Source: Eledone cirrhosa
Lineage: Eukaryota
Direction: 5' to 3'
Length of the DNA: 64,000 bases
Assembly (NCBI GenBank): GCA_964016885.1
Contig: OZ024749.1
Span: 8,060,001-8,124,000 of the forward strand
Below, piece by piece: positions 27,129-39,600 of this stretch. The position numbers were made by a program, and so were the translations under genes. The notes under the pieces were generated by a model. It saw only the letters and a program-made list of their open reading frames with translations, was not told the DNA's origin and did no database searches. The stretch's first letter is position 1; each line of letters starts with the position of its first letter.

Positions 27129-27162
<34 letters not shown>

Positions 27163-27285
27163 GTATGTGTGTATATATATATATTAATAAATATACTTTG
27201 AATATTTAGAGGAGCAAGAACTACGAGATTATTCTACTGACATGGCTTAGTGAGACAGTTTGTACAATTACAAGCGAATCCAATG

Positions 27286-27468
27286 ATTGGCAGTACGGGT
27301 AGAGGGTCGGACACCATGCTTTGGAGCATAGAGTTACGTCCCTTTACGATCTGAGTTCAAATCCTGCTGCGGTCAACTTTGCTTTTCATCCTTACGCAGT
27401 CGATGAAATAAAGTACCAGTAATGTACTGAGATAATTGCTGGCCTTGTGCCAAAAGTAGGAACAATTA
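27286..27468 (+). mobile_element. SINE family 1
   Basis: A/B boxes, core and tail. Confidence 0.85.
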
Positions 27469-27529
27469 TTGATATTCGAAAAAGTCAGATTACATTTATA
27501 TATATCTCTCTATATATACACATATATAA

Positions 27530-27581
<52 letters not shown>

Positions 27582-27586
<5 letters not shown>

Positions 27587-27847
27587 ATATTTAGAAACAC
27601 ACAGATACATGCGGACACACACATATACATGAATGCATCCGCACCCAACCGTGAGTTAAGGGTGCCAACTTCACCGATGTACTTTTAACTCTGATACTGG
27701 TTCAGTCTGGTTCAACCGGATTGGTCTGTCCCAGTCATTCATTGAGCAACATCGGTGAAGTTGGCACCCTTAACTCACGGTTGGGTGCGGATGCATTCAT
27801 GTATATGTGTGTGTCCGCATGTATCTGTGTGTTTCTAAATATATTGT
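27582..27847. repeat. Perfect ~98-bp inverted repeat with ~70-bp spacer
   Basis: ACAATATATTTAGAAACAC...CACCGATGT / ACATCGGTG...TTTCTAAATATATTGT. Confidence 0.9.
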
Positions 27848-28110
27848 TAATAACTCCCTCTGGTCGAGCAATCTTTGAAGTGTGGGGACAGCTGGAAAGC
27901 TTCTATTACTCATACTTCTCGCCTCCTTCACCACCTCCTCTGCGGCTTCGATATAAATACCCCCTCCGCCTCCGTGGTATTTTCTTCGAGGTTATAAGAG
28001 GCTTAGCTCTGTTTCTCGACCGTTATATCGCGTGACTATCTCCCCCTCCGCCTTTTGGGATTCTTTCTCACGTCGTGTAGACGCGTTCTTGAGACTAGTA
28101 AAATGAGGTA

Positions 28111-28200
28111 TCCTCTTGATAAGTCGGCAGACCTCGCAAGGACTCTATATCTTTATGATGTATTGTTTTTGTTTATGCCACGAAACTACGTAGTCGAGGA
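28111..28200 (+). ncRNA. Decayed type I HHR
   Basis: TCCTC-TTGATAA-GT.GGCA...TGCCAC-GAAA-CTACGTAG-TC-GAGGA; core has two transitions. Confidence 0.55.
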
Positions 28201-28269
28201 ATCTAGGAGCAGTTTAGGTATGATACATTTTATTACTAATTATATCTAAATGTTTCTTCTCTCTTCATA

Positions 28270-28304
<35 letters not shown>

Positions 28305-28317
28305 TACGTACACACAC

Positions 28318-28374
<57 letters not shown>

Positions 28375-28471
28375 TATGTACATATATATATATATATAGT
28401 TATATGTACACATATATATATATATATATATAGTTATGTGTACACATATATATATATATTTAGTTATATGT

Positions 28472-28540
<69 letters not shown>

Positions 28541-28563
28541 TATGTACACATATATGTGTTTCT

Positions 28564-28601
<38 letters not shown>

Positions 28602-28877
28602 TTATACACCAGAGGATGTATGAGAGTGTCAATTCATAGTGACACACACTAAAGCAGTCGCACACACACACAGATGCCAGTTAACACACAATAATATATG
28701 TGGACATTGCATGAATATGTGTGTGTATGTGTACGCATGTGTGTGCGTGTGTGCATTTGCCCATGTGTCATAAATAATGTAGCTATCACAATTATAAGCA
28801 TTAATATCTATTTCAAATGAAAATTGCGAGCATTCAAATGAGCGAGAGTCCTTTTATACTGATACATATATATATAT

Positions 28878-29080
28878 ATAGGAACAAGTAACACCCCGAC
28901 GGCTGAGCTCAAGCCGTTTCGACGGCTAATTCTGTACCCAGGTACAGAATTAGCCGTCGAAACGGCTTGAGCTCAGCCGTCGGGGTGTTACTTGTTCCTA
29001 TTACCCACTCTACTACGCTAAGTATTGAGTACTTTGGTGCGTTATGGTCCACCTGGTTCCTTACCACATTTCCTTCGTTA
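28878..29080 (+). mobile_element. Family A fold-back
   Basis: Perfect palindrome plus tail. Confidence 0.9.
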
Positions 29081-29104
29081 TATATATATATATAACGAAG
29101 GAAA

Positions 29105-29218
29105 TGAGTTCAAATCCCGCTGAGGTTGACTTTGCCTTTCATCCTTACGGGGTCGATAAAATAAAGTACCAGTAATGCACTGGGTAATTGCTGGCCTTGT
29201 GCCAAAAAGTAGAAACAG
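29105..29218 (+). mobile_element. SINE family 1, truncated
   Basis: B-box, core and tail. Confidence 0.85.
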
Positions 29219-29229
29219 TTATATATATA

Positions 29230-29314
<85 letters not shown>

Positions 29315-29457
29315 ATATTTATTTATAATATACAGATATACATATATATATATATATATATATATGCACCTGCGCACTTGGACGTGTGTATATTTCGCAA
29401 GGTCGTTTTTGATTTATCTGTACAAAGGGCAAAATAGTCGGTCATTTGTAGATTTGC

Positions 29458-29518
<61 letters not shown>

Positions 29519-30354
29519 TATTTATATATATATATATACATATATATGTGTGTGTGTGCGCATGTGCGTGTGTGTGTGTGTGTGTATGTGTGTGTGTGCG
29601 TGTGTGCGTGTGTGCGCGCGTGTGTGTATGTGTGTGTGTGTGGGCGTGTGCGCGCGCGTGTGTGTGTGTATGTATGTGTGTGTGTGCGTGTCCGCGCGCG
29701 CGCGCGCGTGTGTGTGTGTACGTATGTGTGCATGTATGCGCGTGTGTGTGTTACTGAAACTATATAAGGTGTATGAGAGTTAAATCCAATGTAATTCTGA
29801 GGTACACAAGTACGCCTGTACGTACATACGCATGCATCATTCATCAGGTATCATTATGCAAACATTCTAATAACTATCAGGTATGTCTTTCATTTACATT
29901 TGCCGTAGTAAAATATGTGGAGACTTTCTAAATGTAGAGTAATAAAATATTGTACTAATGTATAGTCCCATAGATCTAGATAAAAGGAATATCGGAGCCG
30001 CTCTTTAAATGTACATCCTGCTATAACGAGAATTATATGGCTACATATATTACAAATGGCCCTTAATCCACATAAAATTCCTGCTTCTCTACAAATATTA
30101 GGCGTTAAATTGGTATTTGATTTAATTCGATAAAAGTTGTCAATGGATGATGTACATACGCACAGAGCTAGCTGGACAAAAGATGGAGCACACACATACT
30201 CTCTCTCGCTCACTCTCTCTCTCTCTATCTCACACCCACACGCTCGTTCTCTCTCTCTAGACATTTATTGTTTTAGTATTTTAGAGCACAACACAGGAGT
30301 CCGATTACGCTGTAGGATCATAAACCTATATACGGACATCTGCATATATACCAG

Positions 30355-30406
<52 letters not shown>

Positions 30407-30821
30407 AGTGGGTGTGTGTGTATGCATATATAAATATATATATACATATATAATATATATATTTATATATATATTATATATGTATATATATATTTATATA
30501 TGTATATATATATCATATATGTATATATATATTATATATGTATATATATATTTATATATGTATATATATATGTATATATATATTTATATATAAATATATT
30601 ATATATGTATATAATTGAATTTATGTATACACACACATACATATAAATCTAGAGAGAGAGAGTTAGAGAGAGAGACAGACAGAAAGAAAGAGAGGAAGAG
30701 GAAGATAGATAGTTGTACACCCACATATGAGTGTGTGTGTGAGTGTACATGTGTGTGTGTGTGTGTGATTGAGCATGTCATTAACAGTATATGTAGTGAT
30801 TCTTAAGAGCCTCTTATCTAA

Positions 30822-31030
30822 ATTAATCATCGGTCTTCCGTTCTAGCTAGGAACGTACAAATATAATTAATTGTAAATGTAATAATAAAGCTTTCCTATT
30901 CGTTAGCACAAATCTCGCGTTGGCGTGATTTCACACGTCACATGTGATACTGATGTTAGTGTTCGGTTAAGTGTGGTCACTTTTATATTGGTTGGAGTAT
31001 TCAAATGGAACATGCTTTTATATACTTATA
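30822..31030. repeat. Left arm of inverted repeat paired with 35848-36077
   Basis: Reverse complement match over ~200 bp. Confidence 0.85.
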
Positions 31031-31036
31031 TATATA

Positions 31037-31599
31037 CTAGCATTAAAGCCCGGCGTTGCTCGGGGTCAGTAAGTTACCAAAGTTAGGTTGCACCACCCAT
31101 TTTATGGCAGCACTTTTTTGTCTGCCAGGCACTGGGTGAATGAATTGCAGACCTGGACTGCCGAAGCAGGAGCTGCACCAGCAGTGACAATTGTAGTTTC
31201 GCCTATGGATATTATCTGTGCAAAGAAGTGTTGAAATTTATTGTTTCACAGTACTTGCGCAACACGCGCGTAGACGATGCCAGCCGAACAACAGAGCTGC
31301 GATGGAGTTGTTCTGCATGGTTGTCTCATGTGTGTTTTCTAAATTTAAGACAGTAGGGAGGGGTGTGATATGGGGGAGAGTTAGCTGCTATTTCTAGCAG
31401 GTTTAGTGACCTCATAGAGGATATTATTGTGTATAGTAAATAAACTGATACTTCTTTCTTCCACGTTCGTTGAGAGATGTTTTAAAAAAGATTTACCGCT
31501 ATTTTTTTTTTTGTTGTTGAATAAATTTATCTGTTGCTTTTGAATAATTGTTGTCATTGAAGTAAATAAATGTTTGACCATTCCACACTCAAAAACAAA

Positions 31600-31642
<43 letters not shown>

Positions 31643-31968
31643 TCATTTCTTTCTCTCTTCTTTCTTCGGCGTTCCTAAAGGAAGTTTGTAAGTTTAAGCG
31701 TATATCAGAGAAAGTTGCAGCATGTATGTAGTTTTATCGAATTTTAAGGGGAGTAGAGAGAGGTTATCAGATTGTATTAGAGGGGTAAAGCGTCATGTAT
31801 TTAGTTGTATCGATTATTTCCGTAATTGTGGGTGAGTTTGAAATAAATAAATAGTCGTTCACCTAAGTTAGACCATTTACAACATTCTTACAGACTTTGA
31901 GTCGAATCGGTTTGAAATTGTGCAAATGGATAAAATTAAAACATACATACAGACCTGCCTTTTATAGA
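31037..31968 (-). mobile_element. Non-autonomous Helitron
   Basis: Minus strand A|TCTATAAAAGGCAG ... CCCCGAGCAACGCCGGG.. CTAG|T. Confidence 0.8.
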
Positions 31969-31991
31969 TAATGATATATATATACACTGTA

Positions 31992-32032
<41 letters not shown>

Positions 32033-32297
32033 GGAAAAAATGAAACGATATTTCATTTCCCACTCTTAGTACGGCTGTTACTTAAATATAAGTATGTACA
32101 CGTACATACATATATGTATACCGACGTACAGTAGTATGTATATATATATATATACATACATGCACACATATATACATGCACGTATGGATTCACCGAACAT
32201 TTATTATAATGCTCGGTGTGTTTGTAAACAAACATCCCGTATTAAGCCGTAGTGTCTAGCAACCACCGTTGCTCGTTTGTTCAACACTGACAAAGGA

Positions 32298-32340
32298 ACG
32301 CTGTACTAGTTTCAAGCTTGTTAGCTATCGTCAGCAACGT
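32298..32340 (-). ncRNA. HHR in the inverted arm of the 424-bp array
   Basis: Reverse complement of 32588-32630. Confidence 0.9.
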
Positions 32341-32587
32341 ATACCTTCCTGCCAGATTGTTGAACGTATATACTTACCTTATGCATATTAACGGCTGAGT
32401 AGCCCAATATGCATATCGAGTGGGTTAATCGGCCGGGTGCACCGAAAACGATAAACGGAAAAAATGAAACGATATTTCATTTCCCACTCTTAGTACGGCT
32501 GTTACTTAAATATAAGTATGTACACGTACATACATATATGTATACCGACGTACAGTAGTATGTATATATATATATATATACATACAT

Positions 32588-32630
32588 ACGTTGCTGACGA
32601 TAGCTAACAAGCTTGAAACTAGTACAGCGT
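32588..32630 (+). ncRNA. Minimal type I HHR, repeated at 33012, 33436, 33860, 34284, 34708, 35132, 35556
   Basis: ACGTTG-CTGACGA-T-AGCT-AACA-AGCT-T-GAAA-CTAG-TA-CAGCGT; palindromic stem III, GUA site. Confidence 0.9.
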
Positions 32631-35600
32631 TCCTTTGTCAGTGTTGAACAAACGAGCAACGGTGGTTGCTAGACACTACGGCTTAATACGGGATGTTTGT
32701 TTACAAACACACCGAGCATTATAATAAATGTTCGGTGAATCCATACGTGCATGTATATATGTGTGCATGTATGTATATATATATATATACATACTACTGT
32801 ACGTCGGTATACATATATGTATGTACGTGTACATACTTATATTTAAGTAACAGCCGTACTAAGAGTGGGAAATGAAATATCGTTTCATTTTTTCCGTTTA
32901 TCGTTTTCGGTGCACCCGGCCGATTAACCCACTCGATATGCATATTGGGCTACTCAGCCGTTAATATGCATAAGGTAAGTATATACGTTCAACAATCTGG
33001 CAGGAAGGTATACGTTGCTGACGATAGCTAACAAGCTTGAAACTAGTACAGCGTTCCTTTGTCAGTGTTGAACAAACGAGCAACGGTGGTTGCTAGACAC
33101 TACGGCTTAATACGGGATGTTTGTTTACAAACACACCGAGCATTATAATAAATGTTCGGTGAATCCATACGTGCATGTATATATGTGTGCATGTATGTAT
33201 ATATATATATATACATACTACTGTACGTCGGTATACATATATGTATGTACGTGTACATACTTATATTTAAGTAACAGCCGTACTAAGAGTGGGAAATGAA
33301 ATATCGTTTCATTTTTTCCGTTTATCGTTTTCGGTGCACCCGGCCGATTAACCCACTCGATATGCATATTGGGCTACTCAGCCGTTAATATGCATAAGGT
33401 AAGTATATACGTTCAACAATCTGGCAGGAAGGTATACGTTGCTGACGATAGCTAACAAGCTTGAAACTAGTACAGCGTTCCTTTGTCAGTGTTGAACAAA
33501 CGAGCAACGGTGGTTGCTAGACACTACGGCTTAATACGGGATGTTTGTTTACAAACACACCGAGCATTATAATAAATGTTCGGTGAATCCATACGTGCAT
33601 GTATATATGTGTGCATGTATGTATATATATATATATACATACTACTGTACGTCGGTATACATATATGTATGTACGTGTACATACTTATATTTAAGTAACA
33701 GCCGTACTAAGAGTGGGAAATGAAATATCGTTTCATTTTTTCCGTTTATCGTTTTCGGTGCACCCGGCCGATTAACCCACTCGATATGCATATTGGGCTA
33801 CTCAGCCGTTAATATGCATAAGGTAAGTATATACGTTCAACAATCTGGCAGGAAGGTATACGTTGCTGACGATAGCTAACAAGCTTGAAACTAGTACAGC
33901 GTTCCTTTGTCAGTGTTGAACAAACGAGCAACGGTGGTTGCTAGACACTACGGCTTAATACGGGATGTTTGTTTACAAACACACCGAGCATTATAATAAA
34001 TGTTCGGTGAATCCATACGTGCATGTATATATGTGTGCATGTATGTATATATATATATATACATACTACTGTACGTCGGTATACATATATGTATGTACGT
34101 GTACATACTTATATTTAAGTAACAGCCGTACTAAGAGTGGGAAATGAAATATCGTTTCATTTTTTCCGTTTATCGTTTTCGGTGCACCCGGCCGATTAAC
34201 CCACTCGATATGCATATTGGGCTACTCAGCCGTTAATATGCATAAGGTAAGTATATACGTTCAACAATCTGGCAGGAAGGTATACGTTGCTGACGATAGC
34301 TAACAAGCTTGAAACTAGTACAGCGTTCCTTTGTCAGTGTTGAACAAACGAGCAACGGTGGTTGCTAGACACTACGGCTTAATACGGGATGTTTGTTTAC
34401 AAACACACCGAGCATTATAATAAATGTTCGGTGAATCCATACGTGCATGTATATATGTGTGCATGTATGTATATATATATATATACATACTACTGTACGT
34501 CGGTATACATATATGTATGTACGTGTACATACTTATATTTAAGTAACAGCCGTACTAAGAGTGGGAAATGAAATATCGTTTCATTTTTTCCGTTTATCGT
34601 TTTCGGTGCACCCGGCCGATTAACCCACTCGATATGCATATTGGGCTACTCAGCCGTTAATATGCATAAGGTAAGTATATACGTTCAACAATCTGGCAGG
34701 AAGGTATACGTTGCTGACGATAGCTAACAAGCTTGAAACTAGTACAGCGTTCCTTTGTCAGTGTTGAACAAACGAGCAACGGTGGTTGCTAGACACTACG
34801 GCTTAATACGGGATGTTTGTTTACAAACACACCGAGCATTATAATAAATGTTCGGTGAATCCATACGTGCATGTATATATGTGTGCATGTATGTATATAT
34901 ATATATATACATACTACTGTACGTCGGTATACATATATGTATGTACGTGTACATACTTATATTTAAGTAACAGCCGTACTAAGAGTGGGAAATGAAATAT
35001 CGTTTCATTTTTTCCGTTTATCGTTTTCGGTGCACCCGGCCGATTAACCCACTCGATATGCATATTGGGCTACTCAGCCGTTAATATGCATAAGGTAAGT
35101 ATATACGTTCAACAATCTGGCAGGAAGGTATACGTTGCTGACGATAGCTAACAAGCTTGAAACTAGTACAGCGTTCCTTTGTCAGTGTTGAACAAACGAG
35201 CAACGGTGGTTGCTAGACACTACGGCTTAATACGGGATGTTTGTTTACAAACACACCGAGCATTATAATAAATGTTCGGTGAATCCATACGTGCATGTAT
35301 ATATGTGTGCATGTATGTATATATATATATATACATACTACTGTACGTCGGTATACATATATGTATGTACGTGTACATACTTATATTTAAGTAACAGCCG
35401 TACTAAGAGTGGGAAATGAAATATCGTTTCATTTTTTCCGTTTATCGTTTTCGGTGCACCCGGCCGATTAACCCACTCGATATGCATATTGGGCTACTCA
35501 GCCGTTAATATGCATAAGGTAAGTATATACGTTCAACAATCTGGCAGGAAGGTATACGTTGCTGACGATAGCTAACAAGCTTGAAACTAGTACAGCGTTC

Positions 35601-35803
35601 CTTTGTCAGTGTTGAACAAACGAGCAACGGTGGTTGCTAGACACTACGGCTTAATACGGGATGTTTGTTTACAAACACACCGAGCATTATAATAAATGTT
35701 CGGTGAATCCATACGTGCATGTATATATGTGTGCATGTATGTATATATATATATATACATACTACTGTACGTCGGTATACATATATGTATGTACGTGTAC
35801 ATA

Positions 35804-35847
<44 letters not shown>

Positions 35848-35851
<4 letters not shown>

Positions 35852-36077
35852 TATATAAAAGCATGTTCCATTTGATTACTCCAACCAATATAAAAGTGAC
35901 CACACTTACATCAGTAACATCAGTATAACACGTGACGTGTGAACACTAGTATAACACGTGACGTGTGAAATCACGCCAACGCGAGATTTGTGCTAACGAA
36001 TAGGAAAGCTTTATTATTACATTTACAATTAATTATATTTGTACGTTCCTAGCTAGAACGGCAGACCGACGATTAAT
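35848..36077. repeat. Right arm of inverted repeat paired with 30822-31030
   Basis: Reverse complement match with a small internal duplication. Confidence 0.85.
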
Positions 36078-36094
36078 AATCAAGAAAGCCCTTC

Positions 36095-36212
36095 GAATGA
36101 AACAGTTCTAGTCCTGTAGAAGCCATTCCTATATTTCTTTATTAAATATTTATATTCTGCTATGTATTAAGTACCTTACTTACTGCGGTTACCCCCGATT
36201 GAAGCCGGGATA
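36095..36212 (+). mobile_element. Family D fragment (HHR 3' half plus tail)
   Basis: GAATGAAACAGTTCTAGTCCTGTAGAAGCC... Confidence 0.75.
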
Positions 36213-36409
36213 CACACATACGAGCGCGCACTGATATATGTATATATACATGTGTATATCTATGCTACACGTGTTGACCACATGCTGACCACATAGATCT
36301 TAAAATAAAATGTTAGTTATTAAAATATGTCTGAGCATGAGAATACTGAACCTACGAGATTTCATGAAGGAACTTTGTTAATATTTCATCTTCAGTATAC
36401 CATGATTTC

Positions 36410-36588
36410 TTGGCAGTATTGGTAGAGTGTCGGATGCCATGCTTGACGCATAGAGTTACGGCCCTTGCCATTCTGAGTTCAAATCCCGCCGAGGTTAACT
36501 TTGCCTTTCATCCTTACGGGGTCGATAAAATAAAGTACCAGTAATACACTGGATAATTGCTGGCCTTGTGCCTAACGTAGAAACAATG
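36410..36588 (+). mobile_element. SINE family 1
   Basis: Near full length. Confidence 0.85.
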
Positions 36589-36654
36589 ATTTCTTTATTA
36601 AACACACGGAGCTTACATAAAGAAAACCGTGAACGATACAAAAGCACCTGATGG

Positions 36655-39600
36655 TACCTCATAGCATACGACACCATCCGACGGCGTCCGGTGGCACACA
36701 GCGGAACTCGATGGCACATGAAATAATGCGACGGCACACGACAGCACAGGACGACTCACGATGACACACGATGGCAGACGATGGCATACGACAGCACACA
36801 AAAGCACGCGATGGCACACGGCAGCAGCCAGTGACACACGACAGCACGCGATGGAACACGACAGCACACGGCAGCACACAATGACACACGGCAGCACACG
36901 ACAGCACATGACAGCATACGACAGCACACGATGACACACGACAGCACACGATGATACACGACAGCACACGATGACACACGAGAGCACACGATAGCACACG
37001 ATGACACACGACAGCAAACGACAGCACACGACAGCACACGATGACACACGACAGCACACGATGATACACGACAGCACACGATGACACACGACAGCACACG
37101 ATAGCACACGATGACACACGACAGCACACGATGAAACACGACAGCACACGACGACACACGATAGCACACGACAGCACACAATGACACACGGCAGCACACG
37201 ACAGCACACGATGACACACGACAGTACACGATGACACACGACAGCACACGATGACACACGACAGCACACGACAGCACACGATGACACACGACAGCACACG
37301 ATGACACACGACAGCACACGACAGCACACGATGACACACGACAGCACACGATAGCACAAGATGACACACGATAGCACACGATGACACACGACAGCACACG
37401 ATGACACACGACAGCACACGATGACACATGACAGCACACGATGACACACGACAGCACACAATGACACACGACAGCACACAATAACACAAGAAAGCACACG
37501 ATGACACACGACAGCACCAGATGACACACGACAGCACACGATGACACACGACAGCACACAATGACACACGACAGCACAAGATGACATACGACAGCACACG
37601 ATGACACACGACAGCACACGACAGCACACGATGACACACGACAGCACACGATGACACACGACAGCACACGACAGCACACGATGACACACGACAGCACACG
37701 ATAGCACAAGATGACACACGATAGCACACGATGACACACGACAGCACACGATGACACACGACAGCACACGATGACACATGACAGCACACGATGATACACG
37801 ACAGCACACGATGACACACGACAGCACATGATGACACACGACAGCACACAATGACACACGACAGCACAAGATGACACACGACAGCAGACGATGACACACG
37901 ACAGCACACAATGACACACGACAGCACAAGATGACATACGACAGCACACGATGACACACGACAGCACACAATGACACACGACAGCACAAGATGACACACG
38001 ATAGCACACGATGACACAAGATAGCACACGATGACACACGACAGCACACAATGACACACGATAGCACACGATGACACACGATAGCACACGATGACACACG
38101 ATAGCACACGATGACACACGACAGCACACGATGATACACGACAGCACACGATGACGCACGACAGCACACGATGAGGCACGACAGCACACGATGACACACG
38201 ACAGCACACGATGACACACGACAGCACACGATGACACACGACAGCACACGATGACACACGACAGCACACAATGACACACGACAGCACACGATGACACACT
38301 ACAGCACACGATGACACACGACAGCACACGATGAAACACGACAGCACACAATGACACACGACAGCACATGATGACACACGACAGCACACGATGACACACG
38401 ACAGTACACGATGAAACACGGCAGCACACGATGACACACGACAGCACACAATGACACACGACAGCACACAATGACACACGACAGCACACGATGACACACG
38501 ACAGCACACAATAACACAAGAAAGCACACGATGACACACGACAGCACACAATGACACACGACAGCACACAATGACACACGACGGCACACAATGACACACG
38601 ATAGCGCACGATGACACACGATAGCACACAATGACACACGATAGTACACGATGACACACGATAGCACACGATGACACAAGATAGCACACGATGACACACG
38701 ACAGCACACAATGACACACGATAGCACACGATGACACACGATAGCACACGATGACACACGACAGCACACGATGACACACGACAGCACACAATGACACACG
38801 ACAGCGAACAATGACACATGACAGCACACGATGACACACGACAGCACACGATGACACACGACAGCACACGATGAAACACGACAGCACACGATGACACACG
38901 ACAGCACACGATGACACACGACAGCACACGATGACACACGACAGCACACAATGACACACGATAGCACACGATGACACACGATAGCACACGATGACACACG
39001 ACAGCACACAATGACACACGATAGCACACGATGACACACGATAGCACACGATGACACACGACAGCACACGATGATACACGACAGCACACGATGACGCACG
39101 ACAGCACACGATGAGGCACGACCGCACACAATGACACACGACAGCACACGATGACACACGACAGCACAAGATGACACACGACAGCACACGATGACACACG
39201 ACATCACACGATGACACATGACAGCACACGATGACACACGACAGCACAAGATGACACACGGCAGCACACGATGACACACGACAGCACACGATGACACACG
39301 ACAGCACACGATGACACACGTCAGCACACGACAGCACACGATGACACACGACAGCACACGATGACACACGACAGCACAAGATGAAACACGACAGCACACG
39401 ATGACACACGACAGCACACGATGAAACACGACAGCACACAATGACACACGACAGCACATGATGACACACGACAGCACACGATGACACACGACAGTACACG
39501 ATGACACACGACAGCACACGATGACACACGACAGCACACGATGACACACCACAGCACACGATGACACACGACAGCACACGATGACACACGACAGCACACA

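Larger units (their letters stand above)
32028..35810 (+). mobile_element. Retrozyme-like array: ~7.6 direct 424-bp HHR monomers (32586-35808) plus ~1.3 inverted monomers (32028-32587)
   Basis: Exact 424-bp period; one HHR per unit; both ends in (TA)n. Confidence 0.92.

Noticed and set aside
32693-35858. Repeated 60-aa ORF in the 424 unit
   Set aside because: Runs through TA/TG-rich sequence and has no recognisable motif; useful only as a periodicity marker.
35945-36000. HHR-like stems (ACACG/CGTGT-GAAA-TC..GA-TT-GTGCTA)
   Set aside because: CUGAnGA core is absent in both arms.
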